Shown here: one piece after another, positions 32,913 to 42,775 of the stretch | Numbering within the stretch: the stretch's first letter is position 1 | Layout: the number at the start of each line of letters is the position of its first letter | DNA from: an uncultured delta proteobacterium | GTDB lineage: Bacteria; Desulfobacterota; Desulfuromonadia; Desulfuromonadales; JACZKF01 | Assembly (NCBI GenBank): GCA_963816395.1 | Contig: CAWFKQ010000016.1 | Span: 96,001 to 160,000 of the forward strand | DNA length: 64,000 nucleotides | Direction: 5' to 3' | Made by a program: the position numbers and the translations under genes | Notes under the pieces: model-generated | The model's input: only the letters and a program-made list of their open reading frames with translations | Told to the model about the DNA's origin: nothing | Database searches by the model: none

Positions 32913-33657
32913 GGGCACTCCCCATGTAGGCCTCCATCACCTGGGGATCCAGGGAGACCGCGTCATAGTCCCCCTCGGCCAGAATGGCGCCGCGCTGCAG
33001 CACGGTGATGCGGTCGGCCAGCGTCGCCACCACTTTCAGGTTATGCTCAACCATCAGGATGGTGCGGCCCTTCGCCACCTTGCGCACCAGTTCGGTGATT
33101 CTGCCCACATCCTCGGCACCCATCCCCTGGGTCGGCTCGTCCAGCAGCATCACCTCGGGTTCCAGCGCCAGGGTGGTGGCGATTTCCAGCGCCCGTTTCT
33201 GCCCGTAGGGAAGCTCCACCGTGGGACAGTGGGCAAACTCCTGCAGTCCCACCGCCGCGAGCAGCTCCAGGCATCGGTCGTTCAAGACGTCGAGGGTCGC
33301 CTGCGGTTTCCAGAAGTGGTAGGAGGTGCCCAGCCGGCGCTGCAGGGCGACCCGGACGTTCTCGAAGGGGGTCAGGTTGGGGAAGACGGCCGAGATCTGG
33401 AAGGAGCGGACGATGCCGCGCAGGGCGATGTCGGCCGGCTTCTCCCGGGTGATGTCCACCCCTTTGAACAGAATGCTCCCCGCCGAGGGGATCAGGAATT
33501 TGGTCAGCAGGTTGAAGACCGTGGTCTTGCCGGCGCCGTTAGGGCCGATCAGGGCATGGATATGCCCCTGGCGGACCCGCAGGTTGACGTCGCTGACGGC
33601 CAGAAAACCCTTGAATTCCTTGGACAGATTTCTGGTTTCGAGAACCCATGGTGTCAT
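32905..33657 (-). CDS. ABC ATP-binding protein (LivG family)
   Basis: GPNGAGKTT, LPYGQKR, LLDEP, YMG end; start MTPWVLE at 33657. Confidence 0.93.
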   Translation of the reverse strand: MTPWVLETRNLSKEFKGFLAVSDVNLRVRQGHIHALIGPNGAGKTTVFNLLTKFLIPSAGSILFKGVDITREKPADIALRGIVRSFQISAVFPNLTPFENVRVALQRRLGTSYHFWKPQATLDVLNDRCLELLAAVGLQEFAHCPTVELPYGQKRALEIATTLALEPEVMLLDEPTQGMGAEDVGRITELVRKVAKGRTILMVEHNLKVVATLADRITVLQRGAILAEGDYDAVSLDPQVMEAYMGSAHA

Positions 33658-33689
33658 TCGCCTCTTCTCCTCGACCCCGCTTCGCCGGT

Positions 33690-34448
33690 TCAGGTCGCTG
33701 TCCAGCCGCAGTCCATGGTGATGCAGGAGCCGGTGAAACAGGCCGCCTTTTCCGCGCAGAGGTAGAGGACGAGTTCGCCGATTTCGCTCGGCTCGATGAG
33801 GCGCTTGACCGCCGCGTTCTTGAGCATGACCTGCTCGATCACCTCGGCCTCGGAGAGATTGTGCACCTTGGCCTGGTCGGCGATCTGGTGGTCGACCAGG
33901 GGGGTGCGCACGTAGGCCGGGCAGATGGAGTTGACGGTGATGCCGAAGGGTCCCCCTTCCAGGGCGGTGGTCTTGGTCAGGCCCGACAGGCCGTGCTTGG
34001 CCGAAATATAGGCGGCCTTGAAGGGGGAGGCGATCAGCCCGTGCACCGAGTTGATGTGGATGATCCGTCCCCAGCCGCGCGTCTTCATCGACGGCCAGGC
34101 GTAGCGGGTGAGCAGAAAGGGCGCGGTGAGCATCAGGGCGATCATGAAGTCCCATTTTTCCTCCGGGAATTCCTCCACCGGGCTGACATGCTGGATGCCG
34201 GCGTTGTTGACCAGGATATCGACCCGGCCGAAGCGTTCCAGGGCGGTATCGACCAGCTTTTTGCAGTCGGCCCGCTGGGAGAGGTCGGCCTGGACGAAGA
34301 GGGCTCCCAATTTTTCGGCCTCGCGGGCGCCGGCCTGGGGGTTGATGTCGGCCATGACGACCCGGTTGCCGGCCCCGGCCAGGGCTTGGGAAACGGCCAG
34401 ACCGATGCCGCTGGCGGCGCCGGTGACGATGGCAATACGTTCGGACAT
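33690..34448 (-). CDS. bdhA: 3-hydroxybutyrate dehydrogenase (SDR)
   Basis: TGAASGIG, NNAGIQHVSP, SVHGL, KAAYISAKHGL, CPAYVRTPLV: HBDH-type Gln/His/Lys residues. Confidence 0.88.
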   Translation of the reverse strand: MSERIAIVTGAASGIGLAVSQALAGAGNRVVMADINPQAGAREAEKLGALFVQADLSQRADCKKLVDTALERFGRVDILVNNAGIQHVSPVEEFPEEKWDFMIALMLTAPFLLTRYAWPSMKTRGWGRIIHINSVHGLIASPFKAAYISAKHGLSGLTKTTALEGGPFGITVNSICPAYVRTPLVDHQIADQAKVHNLSEAEVIEQVMLKNAAVKRLIEPSEIGELVLYLCAEKAACFTGSCITMDCGWTAT

Positions 34449-34460
34449 GGGCAATCTCCT

Positions 34461-35825
34461 TCAGTGCTGTTTGAGCGCGGCGGCGACGGCGAAGGCGCAG
34501 CCCGTTTTCGCCCGGACTTCCTCCACGCCCGCACCCGGGGCGAGTTCGGTCAGCGTCAGGCCCTTCTGCTCATCCACCTCGAACACCGCCAGATCGGTGA
34601 CGATCAGATCGACCACGTTCTTGCCGGTCAGCGGCAGTGTGCATGCCTCCATGATCTTCGGCGAGCCGTCCTTGGCGCAGTGATCCATCATGATGATGAT
34701 CTTCTTCACCCCCGAAACCAGGTCCATGGCACCGCCGGGGCCCTTGACCATGGCGCCGGGAATCATCCAGTTGGCCAGGTCGCCGGTGCGCGAGACCTGC
34801 ATGGCGCCGAGCACCGAGAGATCGATGTGACCGCCGCGCACCATGGCGAACGATTCCGCGCTGTCGAAGAAGGCCGCCCCGGGCAACCAGGTCACGGTCT
34901 GCTTGCCGGCGTTGATCAGGTCCGCATCCTCCTGCCCTTCGGGGGGGAAGGGGCCGACGCCGAGCAGGCCGTTTTCGGCGTGCAGGGTGACGGTGATGTT
35001 TTCAGGGATGTAGTTGGCCACCAGGGTCGGCATGCCGATGCCGAGATTGGCGTACATGCCGTCCCGGAACTCCTGGCTGATCCGCCTCGCCTGCCACTCG
35101 CGCTGGGGAGTGAACCCCTTGACCTCCACCTTGCCGGCCAGGGTGCGCTGCTCGATCGGTTTTTCATGCCTGCCGCCGACGAGGATCCGGTCCACGTAAT
35201 TGCCCGGGGTGTGAATCTGGTGGGGATCGAGCTCGCCGATCTCCACCAGTTCCTCCACTTCGGCCACCGTGACGCGCGCCGCCTGGGCGCAGACCGGGTT
35301 GAAGTTGCGGGCGGTATACCGGTAGATCAGGTTGCCCGCCTTGTCGGCTTTCCAGGCCTTGACGATGGCCAGGTCGGTGGTGATGCTCGGTTCCAGGACG
35401 TACTCCTTGTCGCCGAAGCGCTCCACCCGTTTCCCCTCGGCCAGGGAAGTGCCGTAACCGGTGCGGGTGAAGAAGGCGGGGATGCCCGCGCCGCCGGCGC
35501 GCAGCTTCTCGGCCAGCGTCCCCTGGGGGGTGAGCTCGAGCTCGAGTTCCCCGGAGAGAAACTGCCGGGCAAAGGTGGCGTTCTCCCCCACGTAGGAAGA
35601 GATCATTTTCTTGATCTGCCGCGTCTGCAGCAGCAGGCCAAGACCGAAGTGGTCGATCCCGGCGTTGTTGCTGACCACCGTCAGCCCCTTGGCCCCGCTG
35701 TCGCGCAGGGCCAGGATCAGGTTCTCGGGGATGCCGCACAGGCCGAAGCCTCCGGCGGCGACCGTCATGCCGTCATGAACCAGGCCGGCCAGAGCCTGGG
35801 CCGCCTCTGTGTAGATCGGTTTCAT
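34461..35825 (-). CDS. 3-oxoacid CoA-transferase, fused alpha+beta (SCOT-like)
   Basis: [27 protein letters not shown] joined in frame to [26 protein letters not shown]. Confidence 0.93.
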   Translation of the reverse strand: MKPIYTEAAQALAGLVHDGMTVAAGGFGLCGIPENLILALRDSGAKGLTVVSNNAGIDHFGLGLLLQTRQIKKMISSYVGENATFARQFLSGELELELTPQGTLAEKLRAGGAGIPAFFTRTGYGTSLAEGKRVERFGDKEYVLEPSITTDLAIVKAWKADKAGNLIYRYTARNFNPVCAQAARVTVAEVEELVEIGELDPHQIHTPGNYVDRILVGGRHEKPIEQRTLAGKVEVKGFTPQREWQARRISQEFRDGMYANLGIGMPTLVANYIPENITVTLHAENGLLGVGPFPPEGQEDADLINAGKQTVTWLPGAAFFDSAESFAMVRGGHIDLSVLGAMQVSRTGDLANWMIPGAMVKGPGGAMDLVSGVKKIIIMMDHCAKDGSPKIMEACTLPLTGKNVVDLIVTDLAVFEVDEQKGLTLTELAPGAGVEEVRAKTGCAFAVAAALKQH

Positions 35826-35842
35826 CAACCAGCCTCCAGTCG

Positions 35843-37024
35843 TTAAGATGGGATCCGTTCGAACAGGGCGGCCACCGCCTCCCCACCGCCAATGCAAAGA
35901 GAGGCGACACCGTAGGTGACCTTGCGCCGGGCCATCTCCCGGATCAGGGTCGTTGCCAGGCGCCCGCCGCTGGCCCCGATGGGATGCCCCAGGGCCACCG
36001 CGCCGCCGTTGACGTTGACCTGCTCCAGGGAGAGCCCGAGCTCGCGCATGGCCAGCACGGGAACGGCCGCGAAGGCCTCGTTGATCTCGAACAGGCCAAC
36101 GTCCTTCAGCTGGAGCCCGGCGCGCTGCACGCACTTGCGAATCGCCCCTACCGGCGCTTCGCCGAACAGGTCCGGGGCGATGCTGTAGGTGGCCGCGGCG
36201 ACCAGGCGGGCGATGGGCGTCAGGTTGTACTTCTTCACCCCTTCGGCCCCGGCGAGCAGGGCGAGGGCCGCCCCGTCGTTGATGCTCGAGGCGTTGCCGG
36301 CGGTGATGGAGCCATCCTTGCGGAAGACCGGCCGCAGGGTCGGCAGCTTCTCGATGTCGCCGCGGAAGGGTTCCTCGTCCCGCTCGACGGTCACCTCTCC
36401 CTTGCGGCTCTTCTTCACCACCGGCACCAGCTCTTCGGCAAAGGTGCCGTTCTCCACCGCCGCCTGGGCCAGGCGGTAGGAGCGGGCAGCGAAGTCGTCC
36501 TGCGCCTGCCGGCTGATGCCGTGGCGGAGGTTCCACTCCTCAGTGATCTCCCCCATGTGCCGCCCCGAATAGGGGTCGAGAAGACCGTCATGGATCATCA
36601 GATCGACCATCTGGCCGTTTCCCATGCGCTGGCCAAAGCGGGCTGCAGGGAGGGTGTAGGGAGATGAAGACATGTTTTCCATGCCGCCGGCCATAATGAC
36701 TTGCGATTCCCCGAGGCGGATAGCGTCCGCCGCCAGCATCATCGCCTTGAGACCGCTGCCGCAGACCTTGTTGATGGTCATGGCATGCACGCTGTCGGGC
36801 AGCCCTGCCTGCCGCATCGCCTGGCGAGCCGGCGCCTGCCCGCTGCCCCCCTGCAGTACCTGGCCGATGATGACCTCGTCGACACCGTCCGGGGGCAGAT
36901 GGGTTCGGGCCAGCAGTTCACCGATGACCTTGGAGGCCAGCAGGGGCGCCGGTAGTTCCGCCAGGGTGCCGCCGAAGGAACCGAAGGGAGTTCGCAAAGC
37001 ATCAATCACAAAAACCTTGTTCAT
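35843..37024 (-). CDS. Acetyl-CoA C-acetyltransferase (thiolase)
   Basis: [26 protein letters not shown]. Confidence 0.95.
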   Translation of the reverse strand: MNKVFVIDALRTPFGSFGGTLAELPAPLLASKVIGELLARTHLPPDGVDEVIIGQVLQGGSGQAPARQAMRQAGLPDSVHAMTINKVCGSGLKAMMLAADAIRLGESQVIMAGGMENMSSSPYTLPAARFGQRMGNGQMVDLMIHDGLLDPYSGRHMGEITEEWNLRHGISRQAQDDFAARSYRLAQAAVENGTFAEELVPVVKKSRKGEVTVERDEEPFRGDIEKLPTLRPVFRKDGSITAGNASSINDGAALALLAGAEGVKKYNLTPIARLVAAATYSIAPDLFGEAPVGAIRKCVQRAGLQLKDVGLFEINEAFAAVPVLAMRELGLSLEQVNVNGGAVALGHPIGASGGRLATTLIREMARRKVTYGVASLCIGGGEAVAALFERIPS

Positions 37025-37071
37025 ACCGGGTCCTCCGCGAAAGAGATGTGGGATCATGCATCTAATTGTAC

Positions 37072-37087
37072 AGCAAAGGTCGTTCCA
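37072..37087 (-). promoter_or_regulatory. Sigma-54 promoter for the thiolase-SCOT-bdh-ABC operon
   Basis: Minus strand TGGAAC-GACCT-TTGCT (GG-N10-GC), about 50 bp upstream of the thiolase ATG. Confidence 0.75.
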
Positions 37088-37152
37088 AAATGAAAAATCA
37101 TTTTATTTTGCATAGTTGAAAAAATGGATTGTTTTTAAGACAGGCCCGCATT

Positions 37153-37257
37153 TGATTCATTTTTGAATCATATTTTTATTATTTTTGCGTAACAAGCTGG
37201 GAAGTAAGAGATTTTTATCTGGCTCAAAATTGATAGGATTGATTCATTTTTGAATCA
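37153..37257. promoter_or_regulatory. Two identical 18-bp inverted-repeat sites TGATTCA-TTTT-TGAATCA (putative activator UAS)
   Basis: Exact copies at 37153-37170 and 37240-37257, upstream of the sigma-54 promoter. Confidence 0.75.
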
Positions 37258-37315
37258 GTCCGGTCGGTGGAAAGCAAACGCCGTCTTATCTATAAATTTT
37301 GGTGTGCTTTTCGGC

Positions 37316-37344
37316 TTGACAGAGACCGAATGGTTCCTTAGGAT
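37316..37344 (+). promoter_or_regulatory. Sigma-70 promoter for lutC-lutB
   Basis: TTGACA-N17-TAGGAT. Confidence 0.75.
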
Positions 37345-37352
37345 AGAAAATA

Positions 37353-37369
37353 AATTGGTCAGACCACTT
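37353..37369. promoter_or_regulatory. GntR/FadR-subfamily (PdhR/LldR-type) operator
   Basis: AATTGGTCAGACCACTT just downstream of the -10 box, a repressor position. Confidence 0.75.
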
Positions 37370-37386
37370 TACGGGGGAGTGACGGG

Positions 37387-37950
37387 ATGGTGGAGAGTTC
37401 CAGAATCGATTTATTCAGCGAAGCCGCCCGCCGGGTGGGCAGCGAGGTGGTAGTCCTGGATGACTTGGCTGCAGCCGCTGCCTACATCGTCGGAAAAACT
37501 TCGGGGCCGGTGCTGCTGCCGCCCTCGCCGGTCATGGAAAGCAAAGATCTGGCCGCCTGCTTGACCCGGATCGGGGCCGAGGTGGTTATCGAGGGGTTCC
37601 GCCAGGCCGCTCCTGCGGCCGCGGCCGGAGTGACGGGTGCCGACTTCGCCCTGGCCGATACCGGCACCGTGGTCCTGGAAAGCACGGAAGAGGCGGTGCG
37701 CCTGTCCACTACCCTGCCCGAGCGCCACTTTGTCCTTCTCGACCCGCGCCGGATCGTCGCTGACGGCCCGGCCGCCGTCCCCCTGCTGCGGCAATTGCAG
37801 CAGCGACGGCCACGCAGTTTTATCGCCTACATTACCGGTCCCAGCCGTACCGCCGATATCGAGCGGGTGCTCACCATCGGCGTGCACGGCCCGCGGGAGC
37901 TGCACATTTTACTTGTCGAAGGGATTTCCGGCGGCCTGCCGGAGCTGTAG
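37387..37950 (+). CDS. lutC: LutC/LUD-domain lactate utilization protein
   Basis: ALADTGTVV, ITGPSRTADIE, GVHGP. Confidence 0.9.
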   Translation: MVESSRIDLFSEAARRVGSEVVVLDDLAAAAAYIVGKTSGPVLLPPSPVMESKDLAACLTRIGAEVVIEGFRQAAPAAAAGVTGADFALADTGTVVLESTEEAVRLSTTLPERHFVLLDPRRIVADGPAAVPLLRQLQQRRPRSFIAYITGPSRTADIERVLTIGVHGPRELHILLVEGISGGLPEL

Positions 37951-38011
37951 CTTGGATTTCAGGAGATCCGACTGATCGGTCGGATCGGTCGGATCTGCAA
38001 AGGAAAAAACT

Positions 38012-40159
38012 ATGAAAAAAGAACGCAGCCGCCAGTATAAGCAGCGCATCGACCAGGCCCTGGCCACGCCGCGGCTGCAGGAGGCCCTGCACCGCTTCGG
38101 CGACGCCTATGTGGTGGCGCGGGAAAACGCCTTCGCCGGTCTCGATTTCGAATCGCTGCGCACGGCGGTGGCCGCCTGCAAGGACGAGGTCAGGGAAAAC
38201 CGCGAGCGCTACCTTGCCGAGTTCACCGCGCGGGCGGAAGCGGCGGGCGCCAAGGTTTTTTTTGCCCGCACGGCGCAGGAGGCGAACGATTATATTGCCG
38301 CCCTGGCCACCGGGCGCGGGGTGAAGCTGGCCGTAAAGAGCAAGAGCATGGCCAGTGAGGAGATTCATCTCAACCAGGCGCTGGCCAAGGCCGGGGTGAA
38401 GGCGCTGGAGACCGATCTCGGCGAATGGATCATCCAGCTCGCCGGTCAGCGCCCCAGCCACATGGTGATGCCGGCCATTCACATGTTCAAGGAAGAGGTG
38501 GCCGAGCTGTTCAGCAAGGTGACCGGCGTCCAGGAGCCGGCGGAGATCGCGCATCTGGTGCAGGTCGCCCGGGAACAGCTGCGCCAGGGCTACCTGGAGG
38601 CGGAGATGGGGATCAGCGGCGCCAATATTGCCGTCGCCGAAACCGGCGGCATCGCCCTGGTCACCAACGAGGGCAACGCCCGCCTGGCGACCACCCTGCC
38701 GAAAATCCACGTCGCCCTGGTGGGGATCGAGAAGCTGGTGCCCACCCTGGAGGATGCCGCCCGGATTCTCCAGGTGCTGCCGCGCAACGCCACCGGCCAG
38801 CTGCTCACCTCCTACGTCAGCTGGATCACCGGCGCCGTCCCCTGCGGCGAGGGGGAAAAGGAGCTGCACATCGTCCTGCTCGACAACGGCCGCAGCGCCC
38901 TGGCCGAATCCCCGCAATGCCGCGACGCCCTGCGCTGCATCAAGTGCGGTGCCTGCGCCAACGTCTGCCCGGTCTATCAGACGGTCGGCGGCCACGTCTT
39001 CGGCCACGTCTACATCAGCGCCATCGGCATCATCCTCACCGCCTTCTTTCACGGCCTGGAGCAGGCGGCGGAACTGGTGCGCGCCTGCATCGGCTGCCGC
39101 GCCTGCGTGGCGGTCTGCCCGAGCAAGATCGACCTGGAGGGCATCATTCTCCATCTGCGCGAAACGGTTGGCCGCGAGGAGGGGATCGGCGCCGGCAAGT
39201 CCCTCGTCTTCCGCAAGGTCATGCGCAACCGCAAGCTGTTCCATTCCCTCATCCGCGCCGCCAGCCTGCTGCAGAAGCCGGTGACCCGGGGGGAGCGCAC
39301 CATCCGTCACCTGCCGCTTTTCTTCTCTTCCCTGACGCAGTGGCGGACTCTGCCGGCGATAGCCGAAAAACCGCTGCGCGACCAGTGGGACAGATTGCCG
39401 CAGCCGCTGGCGAAACCCCGCTATCGGGTGGCCTTTTTCGCCGGCTGCCTGAACGACTTCGTCTACCCCGAAATGGGTCAGGACCTGGTGAAGGTGCTGA
39501 ACCGGCTGGGGGTGGAGGTCCTCTTTCCCCGCGAGCAGAACTGCTGTGGCATCCCCGCCCTCTATTCCGGCGACCGGGAGACGGCGACCGAGCTGGCCGA
39601 GCAGAACGTGCAGGCGCTGCTGGCGGACGAACCGGACTTCGTGGTTACCACCTGTCCCACCTGCACCATGTCGCTGCAGCGCGACTTCGTCGACCTGCTG
39701 CGGGACAACCCGGTGTGGGCGGAGCGCGCCGAGCGCCTGTCGGCGATCACCATGGATGTCTCCCGCTTCATCGTCACCCGGCTGGGCGGCGTCGGCGAGT
39801 TGAACCTGCCGGCGGCGGCGGAGAAGATCACCTATCACGACTCCTGCCATCTCAAGCGCGGTGCCGGCGTCTGGCGCGAGCCGCGCCAACTGCTCGCCGA
39901 TTCCGGCCACGAGGTGGCGGAAATGGCCCATGCCGATCGCTGCTGCGGGTTCGGCGGCTCCTATTCCTTCACCAGCCATCCGCTCATCGCCCGCCGCATC
40001 CTGGAGGACAAACTGGCGGATATCGAGGGCACCGGCGCCGCCTGTGTCGCCATGGACTGCCCGGGATGCCTGCTGCAGATCCGGGGCGGGCTGGAAAAAC
40101 GGGGTTCGGCGGTCAATGCCGCCCATACCATCGAATTGCTCGCCCGCCTTCTGCCCTGA
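38012..40159 (+). CDS. L-lactate dehydrogenase large subunit (LutB fused to CCG domains, LdhH-type)
   Basis: KSKSMASEE, ETDLGEWIIQL, PSHMVMPAIH, TNEGN, CIKCGACANVCP, CCG motifs, YHDSCH. Confidence 0.92.
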   Translation: MKKERSRQYKQRIDQALATPRLQEALHRFGDAYVVARENAFAGLDFESLRTAVAACKDEVRENRERYLAEFTARAEAAGAKVFFARTAQEANDYIAALATGRGVKLAVKSKSMASEEIHLNQALAKAGVKALETDLGEWIIQLAGQRPSHMVMPAIHMFKEEVAELFSKVTGVQEPAEIAHLVQVAREQLRQGYLEAEMGISGANIAVAETGGIALVTNEGNARLATTLPKIHVALVGIEKLVPTLEDAARILQVLPRNATGQLLTSYVSWITGAVPCGEGEKELHIVLLDNGRSALAESPQCRDALRCIKCGACANVCPVYQTVGGHVFGHVYISAIGIILTAFFHGLEQAAELVRACIGCRACVAVCPSKIDLEGIILHLRETVGREEGIGAGKSLVFRKVMRNRKLFHSLIRAASLLQKPVTRGERTIRHLPLFFSSLTQWRTLPAIAEKPLRDQWDRLPQPLAKPRYRVAFFAGCLNDFVYPEMGQDLVKVLNRLGVEVLFPREQNCCGIPALYSGDRETATELAEQNVQALLADEPDFVVTTCPTCTMSLQRDFVDLLRDNPVWAERAERLSAITMDVSRFIVTRLGGVGELNLPAAAEKITYHDSCHLKRGAGVWREPRQLLADSGHEVAEMAHADRCCGFGGSYSFTSHPLIARRILEDKLADIEGTGAACVAMDCPGCLLQIRGGLEKRGSAVNAAHTIELLARLLP

Positions 40160-40195
40160 TCTCCTGCCACCACGGCGACTCTCTCTCCCCCTGTG

Positions 40196-40224
40196 GCCCC
40201 GGCCGAACGGCCGGGGCACTTTTT
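40196..40224 (+). terminator. Rho-independent terminator
   Basis: GCCCCGGCCG-AA-CGGCCGGGGC-AC-TTTTT. Confidence 0.75.
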
Positions 40225-40323
40225 AATCCTTTGGCGGGTTGGCCTTTTCCGCTATACTCGGATTGCCCTTGAGGATTCCGCACGTTTTCCTGCGCCTTGG
40301 TATTTCCAGGAGGAGGCCCAGCC

Positions 40324-42594
40324 ATGTTCACATGGATCTCGACCAGGATATCGCTGAAGATCGCCATTTCCCTGTTTCTCGTTCTGTCGCTGATCATGAC
40401 GGCGGCGACCTGGCTGCTGGTGCGCAGCCGCGGCGAAGCGCTGCGGGAGCAGCTGTACGTCAAGGCGCGGACGATGGCGATTCTTGGCGCCGAAACGATG
40501 CATCTGGTGCTGGAGCAGGCGTTTCTCGGCGGCACCTTCACCCTGGAGGAGATCTTCGATACCCATTACGAGCCGATCACCAGTGGGCCGCTGGCCGGAG
40601 CTGTGCCGAAATACCACACGGGTTACGACCGTTACCTCGACGTGCGTATCCGCAAGATCCAGGACACCATGGTCGAGCAGGACCCGACGGTGCTCTTCGC
40701 CGTACTGGTGGACAGCAACGGTTATCTGCCGACCCACAATACAAAGTACTCCCAGCCGCTGAGCGGCGATCCGGCAAGAGACCGGGTGGGGAACCAGACC
40801 AAGCAGATGTTCAACGACCAGGTCGGGCTGGCGGCGGCCCATTTTGAGGGGAGCGAGGGGCAGCCGGTGCTGCGGCAGGAATACCGGCTGCCCAGCGGCG
40901 AGATGGTCTGGGATGTGTCGGCGCCGGTGTACGTGCAGAGCCGGCACTGGGGGGCTTTTCGGGTCGGGCTGTCGATGGCGCAGGTCGAGGCGGCGGTGGC
41001 CCACCTGCGCAATTCACTGATTCTCTCCATGGGGCTGATCCTGCTGGTGACCTTCGTCGCCCTGTATGCCATCCTGAATTTCTTCATCCTGCCCCTCAAG
41101 CGGCTGACGGTGGTGGCCGACCGCATCGCCGACGGACAGCTGCAGGAGACGATCGAGATCGGTTCCCACGACGAGATCGGCAAGCTGGCGGGTGCCTTCA
41201 ACCGCATGACCCAGGGGATCGTCAGGGACCTGCGCGGGGAGATCGGCAAGAGCAACCGGCTGATCACCCGGATCAAGGAGGCCATCCGTCAGCTTTCGGC
41301 GAGCGCCGGCGGCATCATGGCGATCTCGGCCCAGCAGTCCGCGGGGGCGACCCAGCAGGCTTCGGCGGTGCAGGAGGCCACCACCACTTCGGCGGAAATC
41401 GCCGTTACCGCCCGGCAGGTGGCGGAGAACGCCGCCCAGGTGGAAACCCAGGCGGAACAGGCGAACGGCGCCTGTACCGTCGGCATCCAGGCGGTCAACA
41501 ATGCCGTGGGGGGGATAAAAAAGCTCAAGGAGCAGGTGCAGTCGATCGCCGAGGCCATGGTCCAGCTGGGGGAAAATTCCCAGAAGATCGGCGGCATCGT
41601 GGATATCATCGACGAAATTTCCGACCAGACCAACCTGCTGGCGCTCAACGCGGCGATCGAGGCGGCCGGGGCCGGTGAGGCCGGCAAGCGCTTCTCCGTC
41701 GTCGCCAGCGAGGTAAAGCGGCTGGCGGAGCGGACGGTGGACGCCACCGGGCAGATCAAGGGGCTGGTGGCGGAGATCCAGAAGGCGACCAACAGCACCA
41801 TCATCCTCAGTGAAGAGGGAACCAAGGGGGTGGATGCGGCCGGCGGCCTGGTGGGGCGGGTATCGGAAGCCTTTGCCGCCATTATCGGTTCCGTCGGCGA
41901 GACCACCGGCGCCGCGCGGGAAATCAAGCTCTCGACGCAGCAGCAGACGACGGCGAGCGAACAGATGGCCGAGACCATCGTCGAGGTGCGGGATGTGGCG
42001 GCCCAGGTGGCCGCGAGTGCCGAAGAAACGAGCGAGGCGATCGCCGAGCTGAACACGCTGGCCGGGGGACTGCAGGAGATGCTGGAGGAGGAACTGCAGC
42101 TCAAAGGGAAGGAAAAGGCCCAGGCCGGGGCGCAGCTCATGGAAAAAGTGTTGAAACGGGCGGTGGAGAGCGGCCGCTTCACCCTGGCGCAGCTCTTCGA
42201 TGAGAGTTATCAGCCGATTGCCGACACCGACCCGCAGAAATACCACACGGTTTACGACCGCTGGCTCGACGAGACGATATCGGCGCTGCAGGATGCCTTC
42301 CTGGAGGATGAGCAGGTGCTCTTCGCCGTGCTGGTGGACCGCAACGGCTACCTGCCGACGCACAACAGCAAATACTGCCAGCCGCTGACCGGCGACCGGG
42401 AGCGGGACCTGACCGGCAACCGCACCAAGCGCCTGTTCAATGATGCGGTCTGCCTGCGGGCTGCGAGCAACCAGGATGGCGTTCTCGTGCAGGTCTATGA
42501 TCGGGATACGGGGGAGAGGATGTGGGACATCTCCGCCCCGGTTTTCCTCCAGGGCCGCCACTGGGGCGCCTTCCGACTGGGATGCAGCATGTAG
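40324..42594 (+). CDS. Methyl-accepting chemotaxis protein with a duplicated sensor domain
   Basis: TM-domain-[20 protein letters not shown] signalling domain, then a C-terminal copy of the extracytoplasmic domain; GGAGG RBS before ATG 40324. Confidence 0.93.
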   Translation: MFTWISTRISLKIAISLFLVLSLIMTAATWLLVRSRGEALREQLYVKARTMAILGAETMHLVLEQAFLGGTFTLEEIFDTHYEPITSGPLAGAVPKYHTGYDRYLDVRIRKIQDTMVEQDPTVLFAVLVDSNGYLPTHNTKYSQPLSGDPARDRVGNQTKQMFNDQVGLAAAHFEGSEGQPVLRQEYRLPSGEMVWDVSAPVYVQSRHWGAFRVGLSMAQVEAAVAHLRNSLILSMGLILLVTFVALYAILNFFILPLKRLTVVADRIADGQLQETIEIGSHDEIGKLAGAFNRMTQGIVRDLRGEIGKSNRLITRIKEAIRQLSASAGGIMAISAQQSAGATQQASAVQEATTTSAEIAVTARQVAENAAQVETQAEQANGACTVGIQAVNNAVGGIKKLKEQVQSIAEAMVQLGENSQKIGGIVDIIDEISDQTNLLALNAAIEAAGAGEAGKRFSVVASEVKRLAERTVDATGQIKGLVAEIQKATNSTIILSEEGTKGVDAAGGLVGRVSEAFAAIIGSVGETTGAAREIKLSTQQQTTASEQMAETIVEVRDVAAQVAASAEETSEAIAELNTLAGGLQEMLEEELQLKGKEKAQAGAQLMEKVLKRAVESGRFTLAQLFDESYQPIADTDPQKYHTVYDRWLDETISALQDAFLEDEQVLFAVLVDRNGYLPTHNSKYCQPLTGDRERDLTGNRTKRLFNDAVCLRAASNQDGVLVQVYDRDTGERMWDISAPVFLQGRHWGAFRLGCSM

Positions 42595-42596
42595 AC

Positions 42597-42696
42597 GGCT
42601 GATGAAAAACGCCCATCTGCGGCTTGCCCGCATCCTTCGGCAACGATGTACCTTCAAGATTTCGGGCGGCTTGCCTCTGGACATTTTTACTCAGCC
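42597..42696. mobile_element. Degenerate palindromic MITE/REP-like element
   Basis: GGCTGATGAAAAACGCCCA...TGGACATTTTTACTCAGCC terminal inverted repeats. Confidence 0.6.
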
Positions 42697-42775
42697 TGAA
42701 AAACTGAGTTTTCAACAACCTATAAGACGGCATTGCCGGCGAAGGCCGCCGGCAGTGCCGAGGAGCTGAGACCCC

